NCBI GenBank assembly: GCA_963699155.1 | Contig: OY969414.1 | Span: forward strand, 363,757 to 427,756 | Direction of reading: 5' to 3' | DNA from: an uncultured Chlamydiales bacterium | GTDB taxonomy: Bacteria; Chlamydiota; Chlamydiia; Chlamydiales; JAAKFR01 | Length of the DNA stretch: 64,000 nucleotides | Part shown: one piece after another, positions 48,364 to 59,837 of the stretch | How the letters are laid out: every line of letters begins with the position of its first letter | Numbering within the stretch: position 1 is the first letter of the stretch | Notes under the pieces: generated by a model | Database searches by the model: none | Told to the model about the DNA's origin: nothing | The model's input: only the letters and a program-made list of their open reading frames with translations | Made by a program: the position numbers and the translations under genes

Positions 48364-49033
48364 GAGAGCTGATATCTCAGTTGTTGGAGTCTCCAAAAGC
48401 TTTAAGCAAGGTGGTGAGGTCCAGCAGGTCCTTCGTGATGTTCACTTTCATGCCCATTGTGGCGAACTCATCCTGATTGTGGGGCCTTCAGGAAGTGGGA
48501 AAACAACGCTCTTAAGTGCCATAGCAGGGACATTGAGTGTCGAAAAAGGAAAAATCCGACTTTTTGATTTCGAGCTTCACCAAAAATCCCCGCATGAAAT
48601 TGTCTCTTTTCGTCGTAAAAATGTGGGGTTTATCTTTCAGCAGTATCACCTGATTCCTACACTCACCTGTGGTGAAAATGTTGGGATTCCCTTAATGCTC
48701 AATGGCTGCCCCTACGAGAAGGCGCTGGAGCTTGCCCGCCAAGGTTTAGAGGAAGTTGGTTTAGAACAAAAATTCCATTCCTTGCCCAAAAACCTGTCAG
48801 GAGGTCAACAGCAAAGAGTTGCAATCGCTAGAGCGCTTATTCATAAACCTTCTTTAATCATTTGCGATGAACCTACGGCCTCTCTGGATGCCGATTCAGG
48901 CATCAAGATTATGGATTTGATTCGATTGCATGTCAAAATACCAGGGCGCATTGTAATAATTGTGACGCACGATGATCGTATTTTCAAATACGCAGATCGA
49001 ATTGAAAAAATGGATGATGGTCGGATGATATGA
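48356..49033 (+). CDS. ABC exporter ATPase (DevA/LolD type)
   Basis: GPSGSGKT, LSGGQQQRVAIARAL, DEPT, VTHD. Confidence 0.93.
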   Translation: MDKRADISVVGVSKSFKQGGEVQQVLRDVHFHAHCGELILIVGPSGSGKTTLLSAIAGTLSVEKGKIRLFDFELHQKSPHEIVSFRRKNVGFIFQQYHLIPTLTCGENVGIPLMLNGCPYEKALELARQGLEEVGLEQKFHSLPKNLSGGQQQRVAIARALIHKPSLIICDEPTASLDADSGIKIMDLIRLHVKIPGRIVIIVTHDDRIFKYADRIEKMDDGRMI

Positions 49034-49932
49034 AACGTAAAAGCTATATATTTATTTTGGCATTTCTTGGAATTCTTTCTGCTGTCTGGGCAATTAAAAA
49101 TGGGCTCACGCCTCAGCCAGAAGCCGCTCCTATCATTTCCCCAGTAGAGAAACCCTATTCACAAACGATTGCAGCTTCTGGGATCATAGAAGCTCTTGGA
49201 AACAACCTCTCAATCGGATCTCCTGCGGATGGTATTGTGCAGGAGATCTATGTTGAAGTGTGGCAAATCGTCAAAAAGGGAGATCCTCTTTTTAAACTCG
49301 ATAGTCTTGAACTTGAGGCGGAGCTCAAAGTTGCCGAAGCAAAAGAAAAGGTGGCTGCAGCCACTTACCAGCGAGTCCACGACCAACTGATGAGGCTCAG
49401 TTCTGTCAAGGATATGCGCGCGATCAGTCAGGAAGAGCTGCGGTCAAAGGAAAATGAGTCTCAAGTCGTCCTAGCTCAGCTTGAGCAGGCACGGAGCGAA
49501 AAAGAAAAGATCGAAGTGCTTTTAAAGCGCCTCACTGTAAAAGCTCCCTCTGATGGTATGGTTTTACAAAAAAATATACGTGTAGGTGAATATATTGCCT
49601 CTTCAAATACGGAGCATCCTCCTGTAGTCATCGGTAATACTTTACAGCTCCAAATTCGGACAGATATCGATGAACATAATGCCCTACACATTTCCAAGAT
49701 TGCTGAGGCAGTCGCCTATCCAAAAAATAGACCTGATTGTGCGATTCCTTTGGCATTTGTGAGAATTGAACCCTATATCATTCCAAAGGTCTCTTTGACT
49801 GGCTCCAGTCGGGAAAAAGTGGACACACGTGTGCTTCAGATCATTTACAGTTTTGAGCCTGCTGAAGATATCTCTCTATACATCGGTCAACAAGTGGATG
49901 TTTACATTAAGCGAGATGAAGAAAAAGCATGA
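49030..49932 (+). CDS. periplasmic adaptor (HlyD/DevB family)
   Basis: TM anchor, VKKGDPLFKLD, coiled coil, APSDG, EKVDTRVLQIIY. Confidence 0.9.
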   Translation: MKRKSYIFILAFLGILSAVWAIKNGLTPQPEAAPIISPVEKPYSQTIAASGIIEALGNNLSIGSPADGIVQEIYVEVWQIVKKGDPLFKLDSLELEAELKVAEAKEKVAAATYQRVHDQLMRLSSVKDMRAISQEELRSKENESQVVLAQLEQARSEKEKIEVLLKRLTVKAPSDGMVLQKNIRVGEYIASSNTEHPPVVIGNTLQLQIRTDIDEHNALHISKIAEAVAYPKNRPDCAIPLAFVRIEPYIIPKVSLTGSSREKVDTRVLQIIYSFEPAEDISLYIGQQVDVYIKRDEEKA

Positions 49933-51341
49933 GGTATCTTCTTTTCTCTCTTATTCTACTCACAGGGTGCCATTGCTACCGCCCCGTTTTACCAGAAACC
50001 GTGCCCCCACCCTGTTGGAAAGAGGAATTTCCCTTCGATCAGACTTTTCTAGAGAATAATCGATTCTGGGAACTTTTTGAAGATCCTCTATTAAATCAAC
50101 TCATAGAAGAGGCAATCACTGCTAATTTTGATCTGCAGTTAGCTAGATCTCGAATAATAGGAGCCCATGCTTTGGTCTTAAAAGAGCGTGGAAATCTTCT
50201 GCCTAACATCGATCTTGTAGCCTCTGCTTTTGAAGATGAAACTCTCATTAAACCTCGTGATTTTGGATCACCTGTAAAACATCTGGAGAGAGTCAAACAG
50301 CAGCAATATCGAATCCTCGGCCTATTTTCTTATGAATTAGATTTATGGGGTCGTCTTAGGGATGCAAAAAATAGTGCTTGTGATCGACTGAAATCTTCGC
50401 AGTGGGAATGTGAATTCATCTATCAGAGTCTTGTCAGCGACGTGGCGATTCACTACTTCACACTGCTTTCACTAAAAGAAGAGATCTGCTTTTTGAGGCG
50501 TGTGATTGCTTTATGGCAAGATGCCATTGCGCTGCATGGCTGCAGAGTGGATTGTGGACTCGATTCAGAGATTGATCTCTCGCGTGCTAGGCTTGAACTC
50601 GCTCTTGCTCAGGTCGAAATCGAAAAAGTCTCTTGTCTCTACTCTCTTGAAGAGAATATTTTATCCACACTACTTGGGAAACCACCCACCTCGTTACCGC
50701 TTTTTGAGAGATCCCTTCCAGAACTTGTCCCTCCTCTGCCCATGGTTTTACCCTCTGAGGTGCTAATGAGAAGGGCCGATATTCAGGCTGCCGCGGCTCT
50801 TGTTTCAGCTGGCAGATATGATGTGGATGTCGCAATAAAAAGTTATTTTCCCTCTTTCCCATTATTAGGGACGCTTGGACTTTCGAGTCCACTCTTCTCC
50901 CATTTTTTTGAATGGCAAGCCCGTTATTGGAGTTATACTCTAAGCGCGCTTCAAAATCTCTTTGATGGGGGGAGAAGAAAGGGAGAGGTAACTGCTGCCA
51001 AAGCTCAGTTTGCGGAAAATTTCATCACCTATCAAAACACCGTCAATCAGGCCTTTAAAGAGGTAGAAGATGCATTATCTATTTTGCGCTACACCCACCT
51101 TCAATTTGATGCTCAGGAAGTGGCCTGGAAGGCAGCCTCAGATACATTAGGTTTAGCCCAAGAACAATTTAAGTCGGGTCTTATTTCCTATCTTCTCGTG
51201 GCCGATGCGGGGGTGAGTGCAATTGCCATAGAACGGGAGCTGATTTCTCTAAAGGGCGAGCAGATCGTTGCCTGGATTCAACTGATACAATCGTTAGGGC
51301 TCCAAGTCGAAGAGGTGCTATCGCCAGAGGCTCTATTTTAA
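49929..51341 (+). CDS. outer-membrane efflux lipoprotein (TolC/NodT family)
   Basis: Lipobox LTGC, WELFEDPLLNQLI, YELDLWGR, RRADI, AFKEVEDAL. Confidence 0.9.
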   Translation: MRYLLFSLILLTGCHCYRPVLPETVPPPCWKEEFPFDQTFLENNRFWELFEDPLLNQLIEEAITANFDLQLARSRIIGAHALVLKERGNLLPNIDLVASAFEDETLIKPRDFGSPVKHLERVKQQQYRILGLFSYELDLWGRLRDAKNSACDRLKSSQWECEFIYQSLVSDVAIHYFTLLSLKEEICFLRRVIALWQDAIALHGCRVDCGLDSEIDLSRARLELALAQVEIEKVSCLYSLEENILSTLLGKPPTSLPLFERSLPELVPPLPMVLPSEVLMRRADIQAAAALVSAGRYDVDVAIKSYFPSFPLLGTLGLSSPLFSHFFEWQARYWSYTLSALQNLFDGGRRKGEVTAAKAQFAENFITYQNTVNQAFKEVEDALSILRYTHLQFDAQEVAWKAASDTLGLAQEQFKSGLISYLLVADAGVSAIAIERELISLKGEQIVAWIQLIQSLGLQVEEVLSPEALF

Positions 51342-51351
51342 TGCGCTTTCA

Positions 51352-54300
51352 TTAAGTTTTGGGAATGAAGCCGTAGCGGTGGGTATCGATGCTGAGGGCT
51401 ACCTCGCGCAGGTAGTGGAGCAGCTCGATGCGGCCGTTGGCGAGCACGGGAGAGTCGAGGAGGATGGTCCCCTTCTCGGCGGCTCTGCTCTGGAGGGCGA
51501 AAGAGGGTTTGGTGAGAAGGCGGATGCGGGAGGGATTTCTGCTGAAGAGGTCAAGCTCCTCTTCTTGGGTGACGGTGATGCCGGGGATCTCGTTGAGAGG
51601 GAGGGGGATTGCAGTAGAGATGTCGAGAGGGGTTCCACAGGCCAGACAGGCAGCTACGACCTGTAGGAGGCTGAGAAGGTTTTCGGGTCGTTCATAACGG
51701 ACAGAGGCTTTGGAAAGGGGGATGAGGTAGAAATAGTTATCTTGTCCATAGAGCGAGGAGGGGTCTGTAGGCTCTTTGAGAATGGGTGCCCAGTAGGCAT
51801 AATTCTCAGCGCTTCCTTGCCAAATTTCGCATGCTTTTGGGGATAAATCGAGCGTTTTGATTTTTGGAAGTAGAGGGAGGAGGGCAGGTGGAAGAGAGGC
51901 TTTCTCATGAGGCATCTCTCTCTGAAGCGGGCGAGCCAATTGGTGCACATAATTGGGTCCTCCAGCTTTAGCACCTGATCCAAAACTACTGGCTTTACAA
52001 CCCCCAAAGGGCTGTCTGCGGACAATGGCGCCTGTAATGCCGCGATTGATATAGAGATTGCCAGCTACGATCTTCTCTTTCCACTTCTCCTGCTCCCTCG
52101 GATCGAGACTGTGGAGACCACTTGTCAGGCCATAGGGTGTACCGTTTGCGAGACGGATCGCTTCGTCGAGGGATGCAGCTCTCATCACCCCGAGAACGGG
52201 TCCAAAGAGCTCTGTTTGATGCGTGAAGCTATTTTCTGAAACGCCCCATTTGATGCCGGGGCTCCAGAGGTGAGGATTTTTGGGATCAGCTTTGGGCTGA
52301 AGAAGCCAGCTCTCACCTGGTTCTAGGGTGGTTAATCCCCGCAATAGCGGGCCCATGGGAGGGCGAATCAAAGGAGTGATTTTAGCAGTGGGATTCCAAG
52401 CTGTTGCCACTTTTAGGCTGCTCGCTGCATCTAGAAGCTGCCTTTTAAAGTCGGGATCATCGTAGATTTCGGCTTCAAGGATAGCCAAGCTGCAGGCGCT
52501 GCATTTTTGCCCCGCATGACCAAAAGCAGAGAGGACAATGTCACGCACCGCTAAATCACGATCGCAGAGAGCGGTAGCGATGATGGCATTTTTTCCTCCT
52601 GTTTCCGCATGGAGATCGATTCCAGGACGGAGGTGCATGAAGTGAAGGGCTGTCTGTGTGCTGCCGGTAAGGATGACGCTGCTGATGCTCGGATGTTTGA
52701 TTAAATAGCTTCCCACAGGCTCGTCAGGGCAGTTAATAAAGTGAAGCGCCTCTTTAGGAATGCCGGCCTCCCAAAAGGCTTGGACTAGCTGCCAACCCAC
52801 TAAAACCGATTCAGGTGCCGGTTTGAAAATAACGATGTTTCCTGTCGTCAGAGCAGCTGCAATCCCGTTCACAGGAATCGAGCAGGGGAAGTTCCAAGGT
52901 GGAGCTACCAGAACAGTGCCTTTAGGTTTCCAGCCCAGATCCCCCATTGCCAGCTGTTTTGACCAGTTTTTTCGGTAGTAATCGATAAAATCGATCGCTT
53001 CGGAGACCTCAGGGTCAGCTTCTGAGACCGTTTTCCCCGTATCGGCAATCATGGCGCCAATCAAATCCTCACGCTGCTTTTTCAGCTGCCCAGCTACCTT
53101 TCCGAGGAGGTGTGACCGTTGATCAAAGGGAAGAGAGGCCCACTGCTGCTGATATTGAGAGGCTGCTACAAGGGCGCTGTCGACGTGTGTAATATCGGCG
53201 AGGCTATATCTATAATAGACTTGGTGAGGTTTGGAAGGATCGACTCCTTCACCCACCTGCTCTGTTTGGATCTCTTTGCCACCGATGACTAAAGGGATCT
53301 GAGTGAAGGTTCTCTTTTCCCATTTTTCAAAGATCTGAGAGGCCCATTTGCGATTTTCAGGCAATGAGAAGTCGGTATCGGCTTCATTTTTAAATGACTC
53401 AGTGTCCGAAGGAGGAATAGCTGGGAGAAATCGATTCTGTTTGCGCTTTTTTGCATGCGAGAGAGAATCGATCTTTTTGGAGGCCTCTTTAAAGCGCTCC
53501 GTCTCCTGTCTCCAAGTGGCATTGCCCGGTTGAAGCTCATAAAAGTGGCGCAAGAAGTTTTCAGGGCCACTATTCTCATCGAGTCTGCGAATCAGATAGG
53601 CAACTGCCGTATGGAAATCCTTTCGTTTGGCTTCTGGACAATAGAGGAGTATGCCACCTGCCAACTTCTGGACCACCCTCCTTAAAGGGTTCGCCATCCC
53701 TTCCAGCATTTCGAAGGTGATGAATGGCTCGGTACGATGTTCAGATCTTAAGATAAAGGCGTAAGCAATTTCGAAGAGATTGTGGCTTCCCACCCCAATA
53801 TGAACGGCTTCGGCATGCTCAGGTTGACAAGCATACTCGAGCATCTGTTTAAAATGGGCATCAGTTTCCGCTTTATGGTCGTAAGTGGCCAGCTCCCATC
53901 CTTTGACAGAACTTTCGACACTTTCCATCGACATGTTCGCCCCTTTGACGAGACGGATCTTGATCGGGCCCCCCCCTTTCTGCTTTCTTTCGATCGCCCA
54001 CTCTGTTAAGTCGACCAGAATAGGAAAGGTGTCAGGAAGATAGCTTTGAAGAACGATGCCTGCTGGCGTCTTCCACTGATCGGGCTGGCTGAGAACTTTC
54101 TTAAAGAGATCCACGGTCAGAGCAAGATCCTTATACTCTTCCATATCGAGGTTCACGAATTTGGAGACTTGATGGCCATTGGGAAGTCGGAATGGATGCG
54201 CTTTTGCAGCATCGTAAAGCAGCTTGAGCCGTTCTGAAAGGGTTCTCAAGTTGTCATCGTAGCCCACCATGTTGATTTGGCTGAAAATGGTCGAAATTTT

Positions 54301-54891
54301 GACAGAAACATACTCGATATCTGGGTTTGCGAGGTCTTCGAGATAAACTTTCAGTCGACGCATCGCCTCCTGCTCTCCGAGAATGGCTTCACCGAGATGG
54401 TTGATGTTGAGGCGAATATTCTCTTTATGCGCCTGTTTAAAAAAAGAGGCCTGATCCTTGGGATCTTCCGGGAGAAGCACCTGCTTGGTCTCTTCGGTGA
54501 TCTGCCCACGGATCAATGCCATCAAAAAGTCAGGAAAGCGCTTTCCAAACCACTTAAAGAGGGTGAAGCGAAACCGATCCCATGGTGAAAGAAAGGAGGG
54601 AATCCCATATTTCTTCAGCAGATATACAAGAAGGTCAGCTGTTTTTTTAGCAGAATGGCTGCGGAATACTTGATCTGTCATCTGAGTGGTGAAAGAGCGG
54701 CCTTGTGGATCATTCATCATCCGTGCTAGCCACGCTTCCTGTTTTTTCTCAGCATGGCTCTTTTCTTGAATCGCTTCTTGGAGCAGGAAGGAGGCTAACT
54801 CTATCGATTTCTCAACTCGTTGTTCACGTGTCAGCGAAACGCCCTCAACAGTACGAAGAAGTTCTTTTGCTTGGTTCAAAGGATCAGCCAT
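51352..54891 (-). CDS. putA: bifunctional proline dehydrogenase / P5C dehydrogenase
   Basis: NLDMEEY, RLVKGA, SHNLF, PWNFP, ETGGKN, GQKCSAC, ELFGP, QPFGG. Confidence 0.95.
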   Translation of the reverse strand: MADPLNQAKELLRTVEGVSLTREQRVEKSIELASFLLQEAIQEKSHAEKKQEAWLARMMNDPQGRSFTTQMTDQVFRSHSAKKTADLLVYLLKKYGIPSFLSPWDRFRFTLFKWFGKRFPDFLMALIRGQITEETKQVLLPEDPKDQASFFKQAHKENIRLNINHLGEAILGEQEAMRRLKVYLEDLANPDIEYVSVKISTIFSQINMVGYDDNLRTLSERLKLLYDAAKAHPFRLPNGHQVSKFVNLDMEEYKDLALTVDLFKKVLSQPDQWKTPAGIVLQSYLPDTFPILVDLTEWAIERKQKGGGPIKIRLVKGANMSMESVESSVKGWELATYDHKAETDAHFKQMLEYACQPEHAEAVHIGVGSHNLFEIAYAFILRSEHRTEPFITFEMLEGMANPLRRVVQKLAGGILLYCPEAKRKDFHTAVAYLIRRLDENSGPENFLRHFYELQPGNATWRQETERFKEASKKIDSLSHAKKRKQNRFLPAIPPSDTESFKNEADTDFSLPENRKWASQIFEKWEKRTFTQIPLVIGGKEIQTEQVGEGVDPSKPHQVYYRYSLADITHVDSALVAASQYQQQWASLPFDQRSHLLGKVAGQLKKQREDLIGAMIADTGKTVSEADPEVSEAIDFIDYYRKNWSKQLAMGDLGWKPKGTVLVAPPWNFPCSIPVNGIAAALTTGNIVIFKPAPESVLVGWQLVQAFWEAGIPKEALHFINCPDEPVGSYLIKHPSISSVILTGSTQTALHFMHLRPGIDLHAETGGKNAIIATALCDRDLAVRDIVLSAFGHAGQKCSACSLAILEAEIYDDPDFKRQLLDAASSLKVATAWNPTAKITPLIRPPMGPLLRGLTTLEPGESWLLQPKADPKNPHLWSPGIKWGVSENSFTHQTELFGPVLGVMRAASLDEAIRLANGTPYGLTSGLHSLDPREQEKWKEKIVAGNLYINRGITGAIVRRQPFGGCKASSFGSGAKAGGPNYVHQLARPLQREMPHEKASLPPALLPLLPKIKTLDLSPKACEIWQGSAENYAYWAPILKEPTDPSSLYGQDNYFYLIPLSKASVRYERPENLLSLLQVVAACLACGTPLDISTAIPLPLNEIPGITVTQEEELDLFSRNPSRIRLLTKPSFALQSRAAEKGTILLDSPVLANGRIELLHYLREVALSIDTHRYGFIPKT

Positions 54892-54945
54892 TCTTTCCTT
54901 TTACTCACTCGACATATATTTTCAAACAGCATAACCTCCTGTCAG

Positions 54946-56184
54946 ATGATTCTTCGTTTCTTTCTCCTATTTCTCTTACTTCCAATCCCACTACTTGCGA
55001 TCACGCAGGTGGGAGCGGATCGGTTATTCGAGAGCAATTATTTCATGCTTTTGAAAGGCAAGAGAATAGGGGTGATCACCAATCAGTCAGCTCTCAATAA
55101 CCAGCTCAAAACCACTTTTGATTTACTGAAAGAGCGGCAATCGGAAGGCTACTCGCTCACCGCAGTTTTTGCTCCAGAACATGGCTTTTTCGGCAGCGCC
55201 TATGCTTGTGAAACGGTCAAGGATCAGAAATTGGGCGAAATTCCCCTCTTTGGACTATTTGGAGAGCGGCGCCGGCCGACAGCAGAGATGTTAAACAAGG
55301 TCGATCTCTTGATCTATGATATTCAGGATATCGGAACGCGCTCCTACACATTTATATCGACCCTTTTCTACTGCATGGAGGAGGCGGCGAAACAGGAGAT
55401 TCCACTGATCGTACTCGACAGGCCCAATCCGATGGGAGGCCTCGTGGTCGATGGCCCTCTCGTGGAAGAGGCGTGGAGATCTTTTCTAGGTTATGCTGAG
55501 GTTCCCTATTGCCACGGCATGACAACAGGAGAGCTGGCGCACTATTTCAACGAAGAATACAGTATCGGGTGTCAGCTGACTGTGATCCCGATGAAGGGGT
55601 GGAAGCGTGGCATGTCTTTTATGGAAACGGGACTCCCTTGGGTGCCGACCAGCCCCCAAATTCCTGAGCCTGATACCCCCTTTTTTTACCCAACCACAGG
55701 ATTGATTGGCCACTGCTCGATCGCTAACATCGGCATCGGCTATACCCTCCCCTTTAAGCTGGTGGGAGCGCCCTGGATCAACGCCGAAAAGTTTGCAGCT
55801 GCCCTTAACGACCAGGAGCTGCCAGGCGTTTTTTTTCAGAGCTATTATTATCGCCCTTTCTTTGGAAAATTTAAGTCTGAAAATTGTCAGGGGGTGCGGA
55901 TGATTGTGACTGAACATAACCAGTTCTTACCCATGACGACTCAATTTGTAATCATGGGAACCCTAAAAAATATGTATCCTAAACAGTTTGAAGAGGCTTT
56001 TGCAAAAATGGTCGCCAGTGCAAGCTCTAAAGATGTCTTTATCAAACTGAGTGGGGGCGAGACGATCCTCAACATCATCTCTAAAGAAAAATTTATCATC
56101 TGGAAGTTGAGAGATCTCTGTGTTGAGGCACGCAGCCAATTTCTGCCGATCCGCGCTAAATACCTGAATGCTACATACAATTAG
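54946..56184 (+). CDS. exo-beta-N-acetylmuramidase NamZ (DUF1343/YbbC)
   Basis: Signal peptide; FAPEHG, YDIQDIGTRSYT, LDRPNP, HGMTTGELA, WVPTSPQIP. Confidence 0.9.
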   Translation: MILRFFLLFLLLPIPLLAITQVGADRLFESNYFMLLKGKRIGVITNQSALNNQLKTTFDLLKERQSEGYSLTAVFAPEHGFFGSAYACETVKDQKLGEIPLFGLFGERRRPTAEMLNKVDLLIYDIQDIGTRSYTFISTLFYCMEEAAKQEIPLIVLDRPNPMGGLVVDGPLVEEAWRSFLGYAEVPYCHGMTTGELAHYFNEEYSIGCQLTVIPMKGWKRGMSFMETGLPWVPTSPQIPEPDTPFFYPTTGLIGHCSIANIGIGYTLPFKLVGAPWINAEKFAAALNDQELPGVFFQSYYYRPFFGKFKSENCQGVRMIVTEHNQFLPMTTQFVIMGTLKNMYPKQFEEAFAKMVASASSKDVFIKLSGGETILNIISKEKFIIWKLRDLCVEARSQFLPIRAKYLNATYN

Positions 56185-56207
56185 CACTCGCAAGTCTGTT
56201 TTGCTAA
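56181..56207 (+). promoter_or_regulatory. CIRCE (HrcA operator)
   Basis: TTAGCACTC-N9-TTTTGCTAA upstream of groES. Confidence 0.88.
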
Positions 56208-56224
56208 AATCCATCCTTTCCCCC

Positions 56225-56254
56225 TTGACAAGAATCGCTTATCTTTCATAAAAT
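56225..56254 (+). promoter_or_regulatory. sigma66/70-type promoter of groESL
   Basis: TTGACA-N18-TAAAAT. Confidence 0.7.
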
Positions 56255-56291
56255 TCTGTTTCTATTTCTTAAACCTAGGGAGAGATATCCA

Positions 56292-56585
56292 ATGATTAAG
56301 ATTAAGCCTTTAAACAATCGCGTCTTAGTGAAACGCTTTAAAGCACAAACTTCAAAAGGTGGCATTATCCTACCTGACACTGCGCAAGAAAAGCCGAAAG
56401 AAGGAGAGGTCTTGGCAGTAGGCCCTGGAGTGCGTGACGAAGAAGGAAAGGTGCATCCTCTGACAGTGAAAGTAGGCGATCGCGTCCTCTTCACCTCCTA
56501 TGCGGGGACTGAAATTAAAGACAAAGAGAGTGATGAAGAGTATCTCATCATGGCAGAAGAAGATATTTTAGGCGTTCTCGCATAA
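56292..56585 (+). CDS. groES: co-chaperonin GroES
   Basis: [34 protein letters not shown]. Confidence 0.98.
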   Translation: MIKIKPLNNRVLVKRFKAQTSKGGIILPDTAQEKPKEGEVLAVGPGVRDEEGKVHPLTVKVGDRVLFTSYAGTEIKDKESDEEYLIMAEEDILGVLA

Positions 56586-56591
56586 GGATAG

Positions 56592-58277
<1,686 letters not shown>

Positions 58278-58329
58278 AATTCGAGCGCGAAGCGCTCCCA
58301 CGAGTGCTTCGCGATCAATTTGAGGGAAG

Positions 58330-58563
58330 ATGCCTACATACGACTATTCTTGTGACAGCTGTCAGCAGTCTATGGAGATTTCTCAAAAAATCACCGAGTC
58401 TGCACTGAAAACCTGCCCCCATTGCAAAAAAGAGAGCCTCAGGAGAGGGGTGGGAGGCGGCCTCGCCACTTTCCGCTTTCTCGGTGAGGGTTTCTACATT
58501 ACCGATTCTAAGAAAGAGTGCTCAGCCAAGCCCGGAGGCTGCTGTCCCTGTGATAAGAGCTAG
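58330..58563 (+). CDS. FmdB-family zinc-ribbon protein
   Basis: MPTYDYSCDSC...CPHC...GEGFYITD. Confidence 0.88.
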   Translation: MPTYDYSCDSCQQSMEISQKITESALKTCPHCKKESLRRGVGGGLATFRFLGEGFYITDSKKECSAKPGGCCPCDKS

Positions 58564-58751
58564 GGTAAGATCACGTGGCTGACTGAGCCGTGTGGGACAT
58601 AGATCAGAGCCAACGCAAAACCAATACAAGCAATAATGACAAGGGCCGATCCGATCGTTGGCAAAAGGGATGGGGAACTACCCTTATTTCCCTCTACTTG
58701 AGTTAGCTCAGACCTACCATGATGAATGGCTAAAAAACCGTGTGCTGACAT
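58560..58751 (-). CDS. small hypothetical membrane protein
   Basis: AAGGAG RBS; one hydrophobic segment. Confidence 0.55.
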   Translation of the reverse strand: MSAHGFLAIHHGRSELTQVEGNKGSSPSLLPTIGSALVIIACIGFALALIYVPHGSVSHVILP

Positions 58752-58810
58752 AATTCTCCTTTTTTTAAAGAGAATTATAACACATCATTATTAATTTATT
58801 ATTAATTTTT

Positions 58811-59302
58811 TTAATTAGTTTGCCTGCTACTGAAAATAGGTAAAGCTTCCTTAAAACTATCTCTTTGGCCCTGATCTATAAAGAAATGCAATTCTTTCTT
58901 TTCTTTAGTAGAGAGTGAAACCCAGTAGAGGTTCTTTTCTATGATGTTATCATATCTTCCTCCAGCTTCGATGTGGCCATCTACTTCAGCAAAATCTCTG
59001 CTGGGTTGAAAATCTTTGAAGAATCTGATTAGGGGTTGGCGCTCTCGGAAGTGTTTGATCACAAATACCCCTGCGGTGATCAGGCTAGCAACCGCAATGG
59101 CCCCTCCTCCATACAATAAACTGTCGGCAGCAGCCTGAGAGAGAGTGCCAATCTGAGGCCAAAAATTCAGCAGATGGTCGCGATGTAAAAGAGCGAGTGC
59201 CCCAAAGGCGCTGGTGATGGTGCCCCCCGCTCCCAAGAGAGGGAGCACAATCTTATGAGGGGTATACCATCCTGTATGATAATGGATTTCTGGACTAATC
59301 AT
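58811..59302 (-). CDS. hypothetical protein with two hydrophobic segments
   Basis: AGGAGG RBS; hydrophobic hairpin aa ~17-80. Confidence 0.65.
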   Translation of the reverse strand: MISPEIHYHTGWYTPHKIVLPLLGAGGTITSAFGALALLHRDHLLNFWPQIGTLSQAAADSLLYGGGAIAVASLITAGVFVIKHFRERQPLIRFFKDFQPSRDFAEVDGHIEAGGRYDNIIEKNLYWVSLSTKEKKELHFFIDQGQRDSFKEALPIFSSRQTN

Positions 59303-59446
59303 TTTCCTCCTACAAACTAAGAGAAAAGCTTAAGCCTTAGGTGAGTTTTCTTGCGAGTCATTAGTTTGGGCGCCAGAAAGCGGGGCGATCGGGATTCTTT
59401 TCCGGGACAAAGACTCAGTGCTCTAGGAGGTAGTTTACTTTTAACC

Positions 59447-59710
59447 CTCTGTACATGACAATTTTTTTTAGAGGGAGACATAAAAAGTCCGCAAATATGG
59501 CATGATTCTGGACATCACTCTGGAGGCGTCATGAAACATATCTGCGAACTGAAAAGAATTTTAGAACAACATTTCGATTGGAACAAGTCAAGATTGACTG
59601 TGTTAGTCAATTTATTGATAGGGCTATTTATAGTTAGAACAGTAAATTTGTCTGATCTTTCAACGCTTTATTTAGTGAGGCAAAATAGCGTCTAATCGTA
59701 AGAGTCCGCC
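59447..59710 (+). mobile_element. IS4-family (ISAba1/IS10-like) insertion-sequence remnant
   Basis: IR-like CTCTGTACATGACAA at 59447; ORF 59531-59695 MKHICELKRILEQHFDWNKSRL...VRTVNLSDL resembles IS4 transposase N-terminus, then truncates. Confidence 0.75.
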
Positions 59711-59837
59711 GGAGCTCTTTCGAGGTACGCGCACGTAAATGTTTTTCTTCAATGTTTTTCTTCTCTAGGGCGGTTTGTTCTGGTACAATTCACTCACCTT
59801 TAAGTGGCTCACTTTAGATAGGCATATTGAGTGAAAA

